Virus record (IMG/VR): IMGVR_UViG_3300036803_000040
Span: 11,615 to 75,614 of that record
Origin: a virus
Lineage: Duplodnaviria > Caudoviricetes
Length of the DNA stretch: 64,000 bases
Strand: one strand, 5' to 3'
This document shows positions 1 through 8,739 of this stretch, piece after piece. The position numbers and the translations under genes were made by a program. Each line of letters opens with the position of its first letter. Position 1 is the stretch's first letter. The notes beneath the pieces are model-generated. The model worked only from the letters and a program-made list of their open reading frames with translations, did no database searches and was not told the DNA's origin.

Positions 1-30
1 GCCGAGCATCTTCACCTCACCTTGCAACAT
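1..30 (-). CDS. 5' end of a CDS running off the window (MLQGEVKMLG...)
   Basis: ATG at 30 preceded by GAGGAGG on the minus strand. Confidence 0.5.
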   Translation of the reverse strand, partial: MLQGEVKMLG

Positions 31-66
31 CTCGAGCCTCCTCGATCGAGCCCCGGAAAAGGTGAA

Positions 67-96
67 GAGCTCCGCGCTATCCGTAGCGCGGAGCTC
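67..96 (-). terminator. Perfect 13-bp hairpin, probable terminator
   Basis: GAGCTCCGCGCTA-tccg-TAGCGCGGAGCTC, followed on the minus strand by TTCACCTTTT; intergenic. Confidence 0.6.
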
Positions 97-153
97 CTCG
101 AGCCACCGTCGGCGGGGGCGCGCCGCAGCGGCCGTTTTCCGCGTTAGCGGAAA

Positions 154-288
154 TCAGCGATCGTCGTCCTCCTCGGGCAAGCCGTCGCCCTCAGACACGC
201 GATCGTCCAGCCGGTCGCCGGCCGTGACGTCCTCCTCACGGAGCTCGTCATCAGTCGGTTCGCGCTCCTGGCCGTCTGGAAACTCCAT
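154..288 (-). CDS. Small acidic hypothetical protein (44 aa)
   Basis: Manual translation MEFPDGQEREPTDDELREED...; TGATG overlap with the upstream gene. Confidence 0.6.
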   Translation of the reverse strand: MEFPDGQEREPTDDELREEDVTAGDRLDDRVSEGDGLPEEDDDR

Positions 289-1304
289 CAGCCTTCGGGC
301 GCCTCATCCGCGGACGGAGCCGCGGCCTCACCGACGCTCGCCGACGTGGCAGCGACGGTCGGCTGCGTCGACCCGGAGTAGACCTCCCAGCCGGCGACGC
401 CTGCGCCGTTCTGCTCGCCCGGCTCGGAGTCACCCGCGAAGTAATACAGCTGCTTCGGGGGCGAGTCCTCCGTCTGGACGGGAGCGGCCGGCCACGTGGT
501 CGGATCGATCGTTGCGGGATCGCCCGAGAACGTGTAGACCGCCCGCTCGTTCACCGAGACGCCCGTGGGCGCCGTCGCGGTCGGATCGGTCACACCGCCG
601 GCGGGAGCTGCGCCACCGGCGGGATCCGCCGGCGTCGAGGTGCCCGTCGGGTCAGTCGGCCCTGCACCCGGATCGGCAACCGGAGCCGCGGGATCCGCGA
701 CCGGAGCCGCGGGATCGGACACCGGAGCGCCCGTGCCGGGATCGACCACGCCGCCGGCGCTCGGATCGGTCGCCGTCGGATCGGTTGCGACACCGCCGGC
801 GCTCGGGTCGGTGGCCACGGGAGCCGCGCCACCCGCGGACGGGTCAGTCGTGCCGCCGGCGCTCGGATCGGGAGCAGCGCCACCCGCCGGATCCACCGTG
901 CCGGTCACACCGGCCGTCGGATCAGGCGCAGCATTGCCCTCGACCTGCGCGACCGCCGGATTGGACTTCGCGGCCGCGACCGCATCCTTGGCGCCCTGCG
1001 CCACAGCCGTGACCGATTCGGTCACCGCGGCAATGTCAGCCTCGCTGACGCCACCGCCCTGAGCGGCCTGAGTCTGCAGCTGAGTCAGCTGCCCCTCGAC
1101 CGTCCCGAGATCGTTCGCCACCTGCGCGAGCTCGTCATGCTCGGCCTGCGCCGCCGTCTTCACGTCATCTACCGCTGAGCGGAGATCGTCGATCGCCGTC
1201 ATTTGCTCCTCCTGTCGAGTAATGAGCTCGATCAGCAGATCGCGCTTGCTCCAACGCCGCATCTCCTCGATCGTCGCCCGCTTTGGATCTTGCACGTTGG
1301 ACAC
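288..1304 (-). CDS. Acidic low-complexity protein with a coiled-coil and DP(S/T)AGG repeats
   Basis: ORF 288..1373; GTG at 1304 has a GGAGGT RBS; alternative leaderless ATG at 1367. Confidence 0.75.
   Translation of the reverse strand: MSNVQDPKRATIEEMRRWSKRDLLIELITRQEEQMTAIDDLRSAVDDVKTAAQAEHDELAQVANDLGTVEGQLTQLQTQAAQGGGVSEADIAAVTESVTAVAQGAKDAVAAAKSNPAVAQVEGNAAPDPTAGVTGTVDPAGGAAPDPSAGGTTDPSAGGAAPVATDPSAGGVATDPTATDPSAGGVVDPGTGAPVSDPAAPVADPAAPVADPGAGPTDPTGTSTPADPAGGAAPAGGVTDPTATAPTGVSVNERAVYTFSGDPATIDPTTWPAAPVQTEDSPPKQLYYFAGDSEPGEQNGAGVAGWEVYSGSTQPTVAATSASVGEAAAPSADEAPEG
560..960. repeat. Degenerate coding tandem repeats
   Basis: Recurrent gccggcgctcgg(a/g)tcgg and accggagccgcgggatc units encoding DPSAGG and DPAAPVA. 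Confidence 0.75.
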
Positions 1305-1375
1305 GATACCTCCGTGATCAGACGCCGCCGCGTGAGCTCCGCCATGAAACCCCGCAGAGAGCGCCATCGCCAACC

Positions 1376-1405
1376 AGCCTAACGCCGGCGCACCGGCGAT
1401 ACCGC
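1376..1405 (-). promoter_or_regulatory. Putative late-type promoter GGTAT-N17-TAGGCT
   Basis: Minus strand GCGGTAT-17 nt-TAGGCT-8 nt-ATG(1367). Confidence 0.55.
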
Positions 1406-1648
1406 GGACCGTCGACGCCGCGGCGCCATCACCCCGAGCTCGCCACGCTCCGCCAACGCCACCATCTCACGCGCCGCCTTCACGCGCTCCTCCCGATCCG
1501 TCTCAGCCCACGCCAGCAGCCACAGCGCCGACTTCGCCGCCGGCGGCAAGTCGCGCCGGCCATCGATGTACGCCTCGACGTTCTCGAAGCTGGCGCCCTG
1601 CTCGAGCATGCGCTCGACCTGCACCCTCGCCGTGTCTGCTCTGCCCAC
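1379..1648 (-). CDS. Hypothetical protein (AKSALWLLAWAE motif)
   Basis: GAAAGGA RBS before GTG 1648; resembles small proteins I associate with Solirubrobacterales (recollection only). Confidence 0.6.
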   Translation of the reverse strand: MGRADTARVQVERMLEQGASFENVEAYIDGRRDLPPAAKSALWLLAWAETDREERVKAAREMVALAERGELGVMAPRRRRSAVSPVRRR

Positions 1649-1755
1649 GGTCCCGTTCCTTTCATTCGCCTGCCCCTCTTCGCGGCAGACACTACGCCCC
1701 GCCGGCCAGCGCGTGCCGGTGCACCCCCAAACAGAACGTGCGAAATAGCGACCTT

Positions 1756-2076
1756 TTACTCGACGCGAGCTCGCGCCTTGCCCACGTACTCGCGCAGCAG
1801 CGGGCCCATCACCGGATGCTTCGCCGCGGCGATCGCATCCACGCCGCCCATCGCGAACGCCGCGCACTGCATCCCCATCAGGAACGCGCCCGGATCGATG
1901 TCGATACCCAACGCCTCCTGAAACGGCCCGATCTGCACGTGGAGATCCTTGATCGCCGCGTCGAGCGTCGCGCGCAGATACGCCTCTACCGGATCCTCAC
2001 CATCCGCGACAGCCTTCCCAGCACGCGCCGCAGCCTGCCGGTGGATCCTGGCCTTCTCATCCTCGATCGCTCCCAC
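1756..2076 (-). CDS. Hypothetical protein
   Basis: 106-aa ORF, AAGGGG RBS. Confidence 0.65.
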   Translation of the reverse strand: MGAIEDEKARIHRQAAARAGKAVADGEDPVEAYLRATLDAAIKDLHVQIGPFQEALGIDIDPGAFLMGMQCAAFAMGGVDAIAAAKHPVMGPLLREYVGKARARVE

Positions 2077-2411
2077 TGCCCACCCCTTCCGTATCGCTGA
2101 TCAAAGTCCGCCATCGACGTCACCCGGTCCGGGTAGCGCCGGCGCATGTATTCCAGCCCGGCGATCGCATTCGCGAGCGGATCGGTGCCGCCCAGCGGCG
2201 CCGGCGGCGGCGTGAACTGCCAGATCCCGGTCGGCACGTAACCCAGATCGCCCGGCTCCCGCGGGTACGGCAGCCGATCCGGACACTCGCCCGTCTCACG
2301 ATCGTGCTCAATCCCTGGCCGGCGACACACCCGGCACCACGACATGCTGATCGTCTGCTGCTCGATCGTCAGCGTGTACGGATCCTGCAGCGCGAACGAG
2401 CTCACGTCCAC
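1986..2411 (-). CDS. Hypothetical protein with CxxC and a partial SLT-like motif
   Basis: GIWQF...DPLANAIAGLEYMRRRY; the 3' end overlaps the next gene, so the end is uncertain. Confidence 0.5.
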   Translation of the reverse strand: MDVSSFALQDPYTLTIEQQTISMSWCRVCRRPGIEHDRETGECPDRLPYPREPGDLGYVPTGIWQFTPPPAPLGGTDPLANAIAGLEYMRRRYPDRVTSMADFDQRYGRGGQWERSRMRRPGSTGRLRRVLGRLSRMVRIR

Positions 2412-2854
2412 ACCCCGCCGTCGGGATGCTCAGCGTGCAGCCGCTCGCCGCCGTCAAGCGCACACTCGAAGCAGAGCGTCCACTCTTCCCGGCCCGTCGG
2501 CTGCGTCACGCTGTAAGGCCCGCCGAGCCGCGGAACCCCGCACACGTCGCAGCGCCCGTACTTGCCGATCCCCGACGCCCTGAGCGCCTTGAGGATCGTC
2601 TCACGGCCCACGAAATAGCAGAGCGGCCGCTCGGCCAGCACCGCGTTCAGCCGCGCCTCGTCCATGTTGACCTTGCCCTCGCCATCCCAGCCCGGATCGA
2701 TCAGCCGCTTCAGCTCATCGGCCTCGAGCGCCGCCTGAAACAGCGTCATCGACACCGTGGCGAAGCCGGCCGGCCACGCCGCGCGGAGATGCTCACCATG
2801 CGCCGGGCAGCAGACCGTCTGCGGCTTGATCAGGATCTCGGCTATGACAGCCAC
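2402..2854 (-). CDS. Hypothetical Cys-rich (Zn-binding) protein
   Basis: CCPAH, CDVC and CFEC motifs; coupled overlaps with neighbours. Confidence 0.7.
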   Translation of the reverse strand: MAVIAEILIKPQTVCCPAHGEHLRAAWPAGFATVSMTLFQAALEADELKRLIDPGWDGEGKVNMDEARLNAVLAERPLCYFVGRETILKALRASGIGKYGRCDVCGVPRLGGPYSVTQPTGREEWTLCFECALDGGERLHAEHPDGGVWT

Positions 2855-3189
2855 CGGACCGACACGGCCACGTTCGCCGGCGCCGAGCCAGCCACCGCGA
2901 TCGTCGCCCGGACCACCGCCGACTTACGGCCCGTCGCGCCATGCCGCCACCGCCACCACCGAGACGCCCGCAGCGTGATCTCAACCCGCCGCTGAAACGG
3001 ATCCTCACGCGCCGACACCGACACGCCCGGCTGCACCACCCGCCTCGCATCCGCCGCCAGCCGCGACGCCAACGGATCCACCTGAGCCTTGATCGTCACG
3101 GGTCGGCACGATAGCTCAGTGATCGGACGCACTAGATGCCAGCGCACCTGCTGCGCGAGCCCCTCGATGATCGGCCAGTTATCAGCCAT
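2842..3189 (-). CDS. Hypothetical protein
   Basis: Trimmed to MADNWP start. Confidence 0.55.
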   Translation of the reverse strand: MADNWPIIEGLAQQVRWHLVRPITELSCRPVTIKAQVDPLASRLAADARRVVQPGVSVSAREDPFQRRVEITLRASRWWRWRHGATGRKSAVVRATIAVAGSAPANVAVSVRWLS

Positions 3190-3400
3190 AGTGCGGTCCA
3201 GCGTGTCCGGCCGGGAGAACGCAGACCGGACCAGGGATCGAGCCATCGCCCCCCATGACATCGCATCGCGGCATCGCCGCCGCCTCGCGGTAGCACGCCT
3301 CGAACGCGCCGCGCTCGCCGCCACAACCGCACCCAGCCACGCCCCGCAGCGGACACTCGGCCTCCTGCTGGCACCGTCTGAACGCCTGCTCGAGCGTCAT
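3182..3400 (-). CDS. Small Cys/His-rich hypothetical protein
   Basis: MTLEQAFRRC...CVLPAGHAGPH; ATGA overlap. Confidence 0.55.
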   Translation of the reverse strand: MTLEQAFRRCQQEAECPLRGVAGCGCGGERGAFEACYREAAAMPRCDVMGGDGSIPGPVCVLPAGHAGPHYG

Positions 3401-3687
3401 GCCTCCGACCGCCGGCGCACGAGCTCCGCCGCCTGCTCGAGCAGCCCGACCACCTCCGCCGTCGCCTCCCGCCCCCACGGCATCGCATCGCCCAGCAACG
3501 CCACAGCCACCTCACCATCCGGGTGCGCGTCCTCCGGGACCAGCACCACCACCGCCCGCGAAATCGGCACGTGACGCCGGCGCGCCTGCGCCTCGAGCTC
3601 GTCCAACGTCCCCTCCGCGAGCGCCTGCAGCAACCCGGCCCGTGTCTGCCTGATCATCGCCTGATCACGCGGCGGGAGCTCGCTCAC
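3397..3687 (-). CDS. Hypothetical protein
   Basis: Trimmed to GTG 3687 (GTGA overlap). Confidence 0.55.
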   Translation of the reverse strand: MSELPPRDQAMIRQTRAGLLQALAEGTLDELEAQARRRHVPISRAVVVLVPEDAHPDGEVAVALLGDAMPWGREATAEVVGLLEQAAELVRRRSEA

Positions 3688-3770
3688 TGCCAGAACCGGT
3701 GTTGATAGTGGCCGGCCAGCATCCCGAGCACGAACGCCAGCACCACCGCGGCGATCCAGATCGCGGTCAC
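3684..3770 (-). CDS. 28-aa single-TM peptide
   Basis: VTAIWIAAVVLAFVLGMLAGHYQHRFWQ; GTGA overlaps at both ends. Confidence 0.5.
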   Translation of the reverse strand: MTAIWIAAVVLAFVLGMLAGHYQHRFWQ

Positions 3771-4393
3771 GCCGCCTCGCTTCCCTCGCCGAGCTCGCGC
3801 ACCGAACCCGCCGGCGCCTCCCAATCAGCCCACAACGGCGTCTTGTACTCCACCAGCGCATCGAACAGCTCGAGCGCCTCGATCGCCGACATCTCCCCGT
3901 TCGCGACCTTCGCGAGCGCCTCCGCCATACGCCGGCCGGTCTGCAGCATCTCCGACTCAGCGCGGAACAGCTCGAGGTTGTCCGGCAGCTTGCCGACATC
4001 CGCCAGCAGCGCCGTGTACCGCTCAAGCGCGTCCGCCCCACCCTTCATCGCCGCGATCGCGACCGCCGGCGCGCGCTCCCTGCAATCCAGCGCCATCGCC
4101 GCGAAGCTCTCCATCTGCTGCTCATAGGTGCGCAGCACCCGCTCGATGATCTCCATCGGCCGTCGCTCGAGCGCTGTCGGGCGCAGCTGAAACGACGCCT
4201 TGAGCCGCTCCACGCTGCGCGTCGTCAGCCCGTATTTCTTGGCGACGTCCTTCTGCTCGTCGCCGGCGTGCAATGCCGCGATGATCGCCGCGTTACGCAA
4301 CGCGAGCTCGGCCGCGTTGAGCGGCTTGCGCCCACGCTTCGCCGGCGGTTTCTTCTCCCCAGCCTCGCCCGACGTTTCTTTGTCCTCAGCCAC
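3767..4393 (-). CDS. HTH DNA-binding protein (Mor-like HTH plus helical C-terminus; activator or terminase small subunit)
   Basis: RNAAIIAALHAGDEQKDVAKKYGLTTRSVERL. Confidence 0.6.
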   Translation of the reverse strand: MAEDKETSGEAGEKKPPAKRGRKPLNAAELALRNAAIIAALHAGDEQKDVAKKYGLTTRSVERLKASFQLRPTALERRPMEIIERVLRTYEQQMESFAAMALDCRERAPAVAIAAMKGGADALERYTALLADVGKLPDNLELFRAESEMLQTGRRMAEALAKVANGEMSAIEALELFDALVEYKTPLWADWEAPAGSVRELGEGSEAA

Positions 4394-4631
4394 GCTCCAC
4401 CGCCTCCGCTTCGCTCAGCAACACCTGGCCGTGCGCAATGTTCATCCGGCACTCGCTGATCGTCCGCTGCAGCTCGCGCAACGCCTTACGGGCGACCACG
4501 CGCTCGACGCTGATCGGCATGCCCATCACCGCCTCGATGAGCGACTCCTCGGCCGTCAACAGCCGCTCGAGCGCCGCCTCACGCCACAGCACCGCCTGGC
4601 GGAGCTCGTCGGGACCGGCGTGCACGCTCAC
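4386..4631 (-). CDS. Hypothetical protein
   Basis: 81-aa ORF with coupled overlaps. Confidence 0.6.
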   Translation of the reverse strand: MSVHAGPDELRQAVLWREAALERLLTAEESLIEAVMGMPISVERVVARKALRELQRTISECRMNIAHGQVLLSEAEAVERG

Positions 4632-4939
4632 TGCACCACCGCGCTCACCCGCACCGCTCGCCAGTCGAGCGCGTTGCGCTTGATCTGCTGCACGATCCTG
4701 ATCAGCATCGAACGATCCGCCACGCCGTTACGGATCCCCGCCGCGGTGATCGTGTACCGAATCGGTGCGCTTGAGCCCGGCATCCGCACAAATAACGTCA
4801 CCTCGACGCCAAACCGCTCGGGTTGGCCGACCACGATCTCCCACCGGATCCCCGGCGGATCGCCGAACGCGACCGACGCGATCTCATACAGATCATCGAT
4901 CGCCTTGCTCACCTCTGGCGCGAGCTTCATACCGCCCAT
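4628..4939 (-). CDS. Hypothetical protein
   Basis: 103-aa ORF. Confidence 0.6.
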   Translation of the reverse strand: MGGMKLAPEVSKAIDDLYEIASVAFGDPPGIRWEIVVGQPERFGVEVTLFVRMPGSSAPIRYTITAAGIRNGVADRSMLIRIVQQIKRNALDWRAVRVSAVVQ

Positions 4940-5304
4940 CCCGTCTGGATCACCTCAAACTCGACGCGCCACACCTCAGCGAGCACGTTCCAGCCGCCAT
5001 TGATCTCAATCCACGCCTCTTTGAACGCGGAATAGCTGTCAAATCCCTCACGGCGCGCCTCCTCATCCGCGGCCGTCACGAACAGCCCACCGATGCCGAG
5101 CAGCGACTCACGACGCACGCTCACGACCCGGACGCGCCCGATCGCCGGCACGCCGCGCTTAGGCTGCACCGCATAGTCGCGGCCCACCTGCAGCGCGCAC
5201 ACCTCACGCCACCACGGCGACCGCGGGTTGCTCGAGCACAGCCGGCGGGTCACCGTCTTCTCGCCGGCCATCACCTTCTCAGCGAGCTCGGCCCGGAAGA
5301 TCAC
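4927..5304 (-). CDS. ASCH domain protein
   Basis: MIF...AGEKTVTRR...EEARREGFDS...VWRVEF. Confidence 0.8.
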   Translation of the reverse strand: MIFRAELAEKVMAGEKTVTRRLCSSNPRSPWWREVCALQVGRDYAVQPKRGVPAIGRVRVVSVRRESLLGIGGLFVTAADEEARREGFDSYSAFKEAWIEINGGWNVLAEVWRVEFEVIQTGWAV

Positions 5305-5501
5305 TGCACCACCGCCACGGCGCGGATCCAGCCGCCGAGCAGCGCACCGTTCGACAGCACCTCGAGCGACTGCGCGCCCTCAGCGCACGCCGAGCACAGA
5401 TCGAACTCGGCCCAGCTGCACGTGCTCACCGGATCCCCGTCACGGTCGACCATGATGCACGCGTTCGTCTCAGTGCAGCCACACTCCCGACAGGATCTCA
5501 C
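5301..5501 (-). CDS. Zn-finger hypothetical protein
   Basis: CRECGCTETNAC...CSW...LCSAC. Confidence 0.7.
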   Translation of the reverse strand: MRSCRECGCTETNACIMVDRDGDPVSTCSWAEFDLCSACAEGAQSLEVLSNGALLGGWIRAVAVVQ

Positions 5502-5677
5502 GAGCTCGCCCCCTTGCTGAGCAGCCCCTCAGCCTCGAGCGCCTCCACGACGTCACGCGCGGCCTTCTCCGCCGTCGCCGGGTTGCTCGTCACCTCCCGG
5601 TACATCGGCAGCGTGTTCGACGGGCAACGCCACTCGCCGCGGAGCACCTGCCGGACGATCTCCTGCGCCGAGCTCAC
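5498..5677 (-). CDS. Hypothetical protein
   Basis: Trimmed to GTG 5677 (GTGA overlap). Confidence 0.5.
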   Translation of the reverse strand: MSSAQEIVRQVLRGEWRCPSNTLPMYREVTSNPATAEKAARDVVEALEAEGLLSKGASS

Positions 5678-6027
5678 GCCGGCGCTCCCGTGATCGTGTG
5701 CTCCGGATCCCGCCGGCCGTGCCGCGGACAATTCGCGTCGACCAGCGCGCCCCACCCGACCGGGCACGAGCACGCCGCCTCGCTCGCGAACGCGTGCTCG
5801 ACAAGCCAATCGAACGCCAGCGCCATCGCCTCGCTGATGTCAAGGTCAGCCCTGGCCACGAACTGCACCGTGTAGCGAGTGCGCTCGAGCCCTACGCCCA
5901 TCCGCCAACGGTGATAGGGAAGATCGATCCCCGCCGACGTCTGCACCGCGATCGGCCACGTCGCCGGCACCGGCTGCCCCGCGTAGGGCCCGTCCAGAAT
6001 CACCGGGATCTTGCGCACCTTAGCCAT
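5674..6027 (-). CDS. Hypothetical protein
   Basis: 117-aa ORF. Confidence 0.6.
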   Translation of the reverse strand: MAKVRKIPVILDGPYAGQPVPATWPIAVQTSAGIDLPYHRWRMGVGLERTRYTVQFVARADLDISEAMALAFDWLVEHAFASEAACSCPVGWGALVDANCPRHGRRDPEHTITGAPA

Positions 6028-6301
6028 GCTCAGCCGCTCGAGCTCGACGCACCGACTCCGCGAACGTCACGCCGGCGATAAACCCACAGCCCGCGGCCGC
6101 GCGGCGCACACTGCCGGCCGCGGCGAGCATGTTGCTCGACTGCCGATCGGCCTCCACCAGCTGCCGGACGACGAGCTCCAACGTCGCCTCATCGTCCTGA
6201 TCGAGCCCGAGCACCTGCGCGACCGTCTCGAGCACCGTCGCCTCGCTCGGGATCTCCTCGTTCAGCCGCATCTGCTCAAGCTCAATCGGATGCAGCGGCA
6301 C
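6020..6301 (-). CDS. Hypothetical protein
   Basis: 93-aa ORF. Confidence 0.6.
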   Translation of the reverse strand: MPLHPIELEQMRLNEEIPSEATVLETVAQVLGLDQDDEATLELVVRQLVEADRQSSNMLAAAGSVRRAAAGCGFIAGVTFAESVRRARAAEHG

Positions 6302-6578
6302 CGCTGGCCTCCTGCTTCGCGTCGGTCTTCTCGCGCCACTCCTGCTTATCCGGGCACGTCGCCCAATGATTCAGCCGCAACGGCGCGCCCTGCGCCCGCG
6401 CGTGCTCAAGGGTCTTATCCGACAACGTGACAGCGAGCAACGCGCCACCCATCCGCGCCGGCTGCAGCAGCAGGATGTTGCCATTACTGACCGGCTCACA
6501 GTCGATCGGCGCCTTTGACCCTTGCGGCGTCATCGCCCAATGCACCCCCGCCTTGCACGACCTGCACTGATCAGCCAC
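6282..6578 (-). CDS. Phage Zn-ribbon hypothetical protein
   Basis: CRSCKAGVHW..T..G...PID.EP...HWATCP, a common phage pattern. Confidence 0.7.
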   Translation of the reverse strand: MADQCRSCKAGVHWAMTPQGSKAPIDCEPVSNGNILLLQPARMGGALLAVTLSDKTLEHARAQGAPLRLNHWATCPDKQEWREKTDAKQEASGAAASD

Positions 6579-6894
6579 GAGCTCGCCTCTTCGCATCCAG
6601 CCACCGCTGAGCCCGACCACCGCTCCAATCCGGCGCGCCAGCGCCGGCGTGCGCATCATCCCACTCAGCCTGCGCCTCCTCCTGCGCTCGCGCCTGGCCG
6701 ACCGTGCGCGTCTCAGTCCTGCGCACGTGGCGCAGCTGTACGCCCGTCAGCATCCCCACCGCGAGCAGCGCCAGCAGCACCGCGGCAAGCCACGAGCCCG
6801 TGCCGATCGCGCCGACGAGCAGGAAGCCCGTCAAGACGAACAGCCACGGATGCCAGCCACGCCGGCCACCGAACGAACGCCAGAAAAAGATCAT
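6571..6894 (-). CDS. Two-TM membrane protein
   Basis: Hydrophobic WLFVLTGFLLVGAIGTGSWLAAVLLALLAVGML; ATGA overlap. Confidence 0.65.
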   Translation of the reverse strand: MIFFWRSFGGRRGWHPWLFVLTGFLLVGAIGTGSWLAAVLLALLAVGMLTGVQLRHVRRTETRTVGQARAQEEAQAEWDDAHAGAGAPDWSGGRAQRWLDAKRRARG

Positions 6895-7706
6895 GCGGCC
6901 GATGATAACGGAATGATCGGCCACTCTCGAGGGACGACGCGATCGGGTTGCGGCGGCACGTCCTTCCACGGCGCGCCGGCGTGAAAGAACTCCTCGAGCT
7001 CGATCGCCTGCACCCGCGCGGCCTTGCGCTGCCACTCATGCAGCGCGTCGAGATCCCCACGGACCCGCTCCCACTCCTGCGTCAGCTCGATGTACTCGCG
7101 GCGCTCATCCTCACCACGGCACCGGCGCACCACGCGGCCGCGCTTGCCCAGCACCCACGCCAGCCGCGCGGCGGCGAGCGCGTCGAACGTCGCATCATGC
7201 GCCGTCGGCAGCTCCGCCCCGTAGTGCTCACACGTCGCGATCAGCTTCCGTGAGCCCTTGCGGTACTTCTGCAAGTCCCGGTCGATCACCATCGGGTCGA
7301 TCACCCGCAGCCTCGTCAGGATCTCAGCGATCGCCGGCGAGCCCAGCCGGCGCAGCTCGCGGTCAGCGACCGTCAAGTCATAGCGCGCGTTGAAGACCAC
7401 CAGCGGCATGCCACGGTTCAGCATCCGCTCGAACGCCACGACCAGCTGCGCGATCGCCTCAGCGAGCTCGACGCCCTGCTGCCGGGCGCGCTCGTTCGTG
7501 ATCCCGTGCACGTCGATCGCCTCCTGCGGGATCTCCACGTGCGGATTGACCAGCCACGCGTGCTCCTCAACAGTGCGCTTCTCGCCCTGCTCGAGCCGGC
7601 TCGGGCCGATCGCCACCAGCGCCGCGGACACGATCCGCGCCTCCTCCGGATCCGATGCCGTCGTCTCGAGATCGAACGCGGCCAGCGGGCCATCCCACCA
7701 GCTCAC
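6891..7706 (-). CDS. DEDDh 3'-5' exonuclease (DnaQ-like)
   Basis: AFDLETT, VFNARYD, AHDATFDA motifs. Confidence 0.9.
   Translation of the reverse strand: MSWWDGPLAAFDLETTASDPEEARIVSAALVAIGPSRLEQGEKRTVEEHAWLVNPHVEIPQEAIDVHGITNERARQQGVELAEAIAQLVVAFERMLNRGMPLVVFNARYDLTVADRELRRLGSPAIAEILTRLRVIDPMVIDRDLQKYRKGSRKLIATCEHYGAELPTAHDATFDALAAARLAWVLGKRGRVVRRCRGEDERREYIELTQEWERVRGDLDALHEWQRKAARVQAIELEEFFHAGAPWKDVPPQPDRVVPREWPIIPLSSAA
6901..6918 (-). promoter_or_regulatory. GATAAC-N4-TGATC site overlapping a TATCAT -10 box
   Basis: gatgataacggaatgatc; -10 lies 7 nt before ATG 6894. Confidence 0.55.
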
Positions 7707-8005
7707 CGGTTCACCACCACCTCAGCCGGCACCCACTCCGCGCCCGGCGATCGCTCCGGGCGCCCCTGAGCCACCCAGAACTCATGGCGGATGATGTCGC
7801 GCAGCTGGCCAGCGAACTCGCGCCACGACCGGGCCCAGCGCAGCGCAGGATCGCGCACCACCCTGACTAGATCGCGCGGCAAGTCGGTGATGTTCGTGAC
7901 CACCATCTGCGCCCGCGGATCCGTAGCCGCCATCCCGAGCGCGAACTCGTGCCGGATCTTCCACCGGATCTCGTCGCCGTCGAAGCTGTAGGGATCAAAG
8001 CTCAC
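7703..8005 (-). CDS. Hypothetical protein
   Basis: Trimmed to GTG 8005. Confidence 0.6.
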   Translation of the reverse strand: MSFDPYSFDGDEIRWKIRHEFALGMAATDPRAQMVVTNITDLPRDLVRVVRDPALRWARSWREFAGQLRDIIRHEFWVAQGRPERSPGAEWVPAEVVVNR

Positions 8006-8136
8006 TCGCCGAACACCCGCCCTCCGATCAGCGACACACAAAGGGCCAGAAAGCCGAACGCGTCGTGATCATGGCGAGTGAGCCAGCACCCGACAGCAGC
8101 GCCCATCATCGCCAACGCCAGCAGATTTCGGATCAC
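8002..8136 (-). CDS. 44-aa two-TM peptide
   Basis: Manual translation MIRNLLALAMMGAAVG...; GTGA overlaps at both ends. Confidence 0.5.
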   Translation of the reverse strand: MIRNLLALAMMGAAVGCWLTRHDHDAFGFLALCVSLIGGRVFGE

Positions 8137-8739
8137 GCCGCCAGCTCTCGATCAGCGTCGCGTGCCGCGATCACGTCCCGGAAATCATGCGGCTTCGCGT
8201 CCGGGTTGACGTCCGGATGCGACAGCGCCGCGGCCTTGCGCCAGTTACCGCCCTGCGCAGCGATCAGCTTCCGGCCTCGAGACGCGTCCCCGTCGCCGAC
8301 GTCGCCGGCGGCGAGCTGCTTCCACCCCTGATACTGCTCACCGCGCTTCGTCACGCCGTAGCGGTCCACAGCCCGCAACGCCTGCAGTCCCAGCGCCACG
8401 GCGCGCACGTTGTCGCGCCAGTCAGAGAACTCGGTCACCTCATAGCGCAGCTGCGGCCGGCCAGGCACCGAGCCCGCAGCGAACGACAAGACGATCCCCG
8501 GCGTGCGCGCGTTGCGGTCCGCCCGCGGCAGCCCGTCCTGGCGGATGTTCGCCGGCGCCATGTCGATCTCCATCGATCGCGTGCTCCGCGCCGTGCATCC
8601 GCAGCTCTTTCGCGAGCAGCTCCACCGTCGCCGACCACGACGCTTTGAACGGTGAGTAGCGCGTCCCGCCGGCATAGGCGAGCGGCCGCTCAAGCGGAGC
8701 GAACCGGACGAGATCCCGCAGATCGGTGTACTCGCTCAC
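8133..8739 (-). pseudogene. Phage J-domain-like (HPD) protein split by a 1-nt frameshift
   Basis: N-half (PFKASWSATVELLAKEL) and C-half (EIDM...DWRDNVRAVALGLQALRAVDRYGVTKRGEQY...SHPD) are in different frames; span is 607 nt = 3n+1. Confidence 0.7.

Noticed and set aside
136-153. Short TTTCCGC/GCGGAAA hairpin as a separate element
   Set aside because: Only a 7-bp stem; too weak to call beside the stronger hairpin at 67-96.
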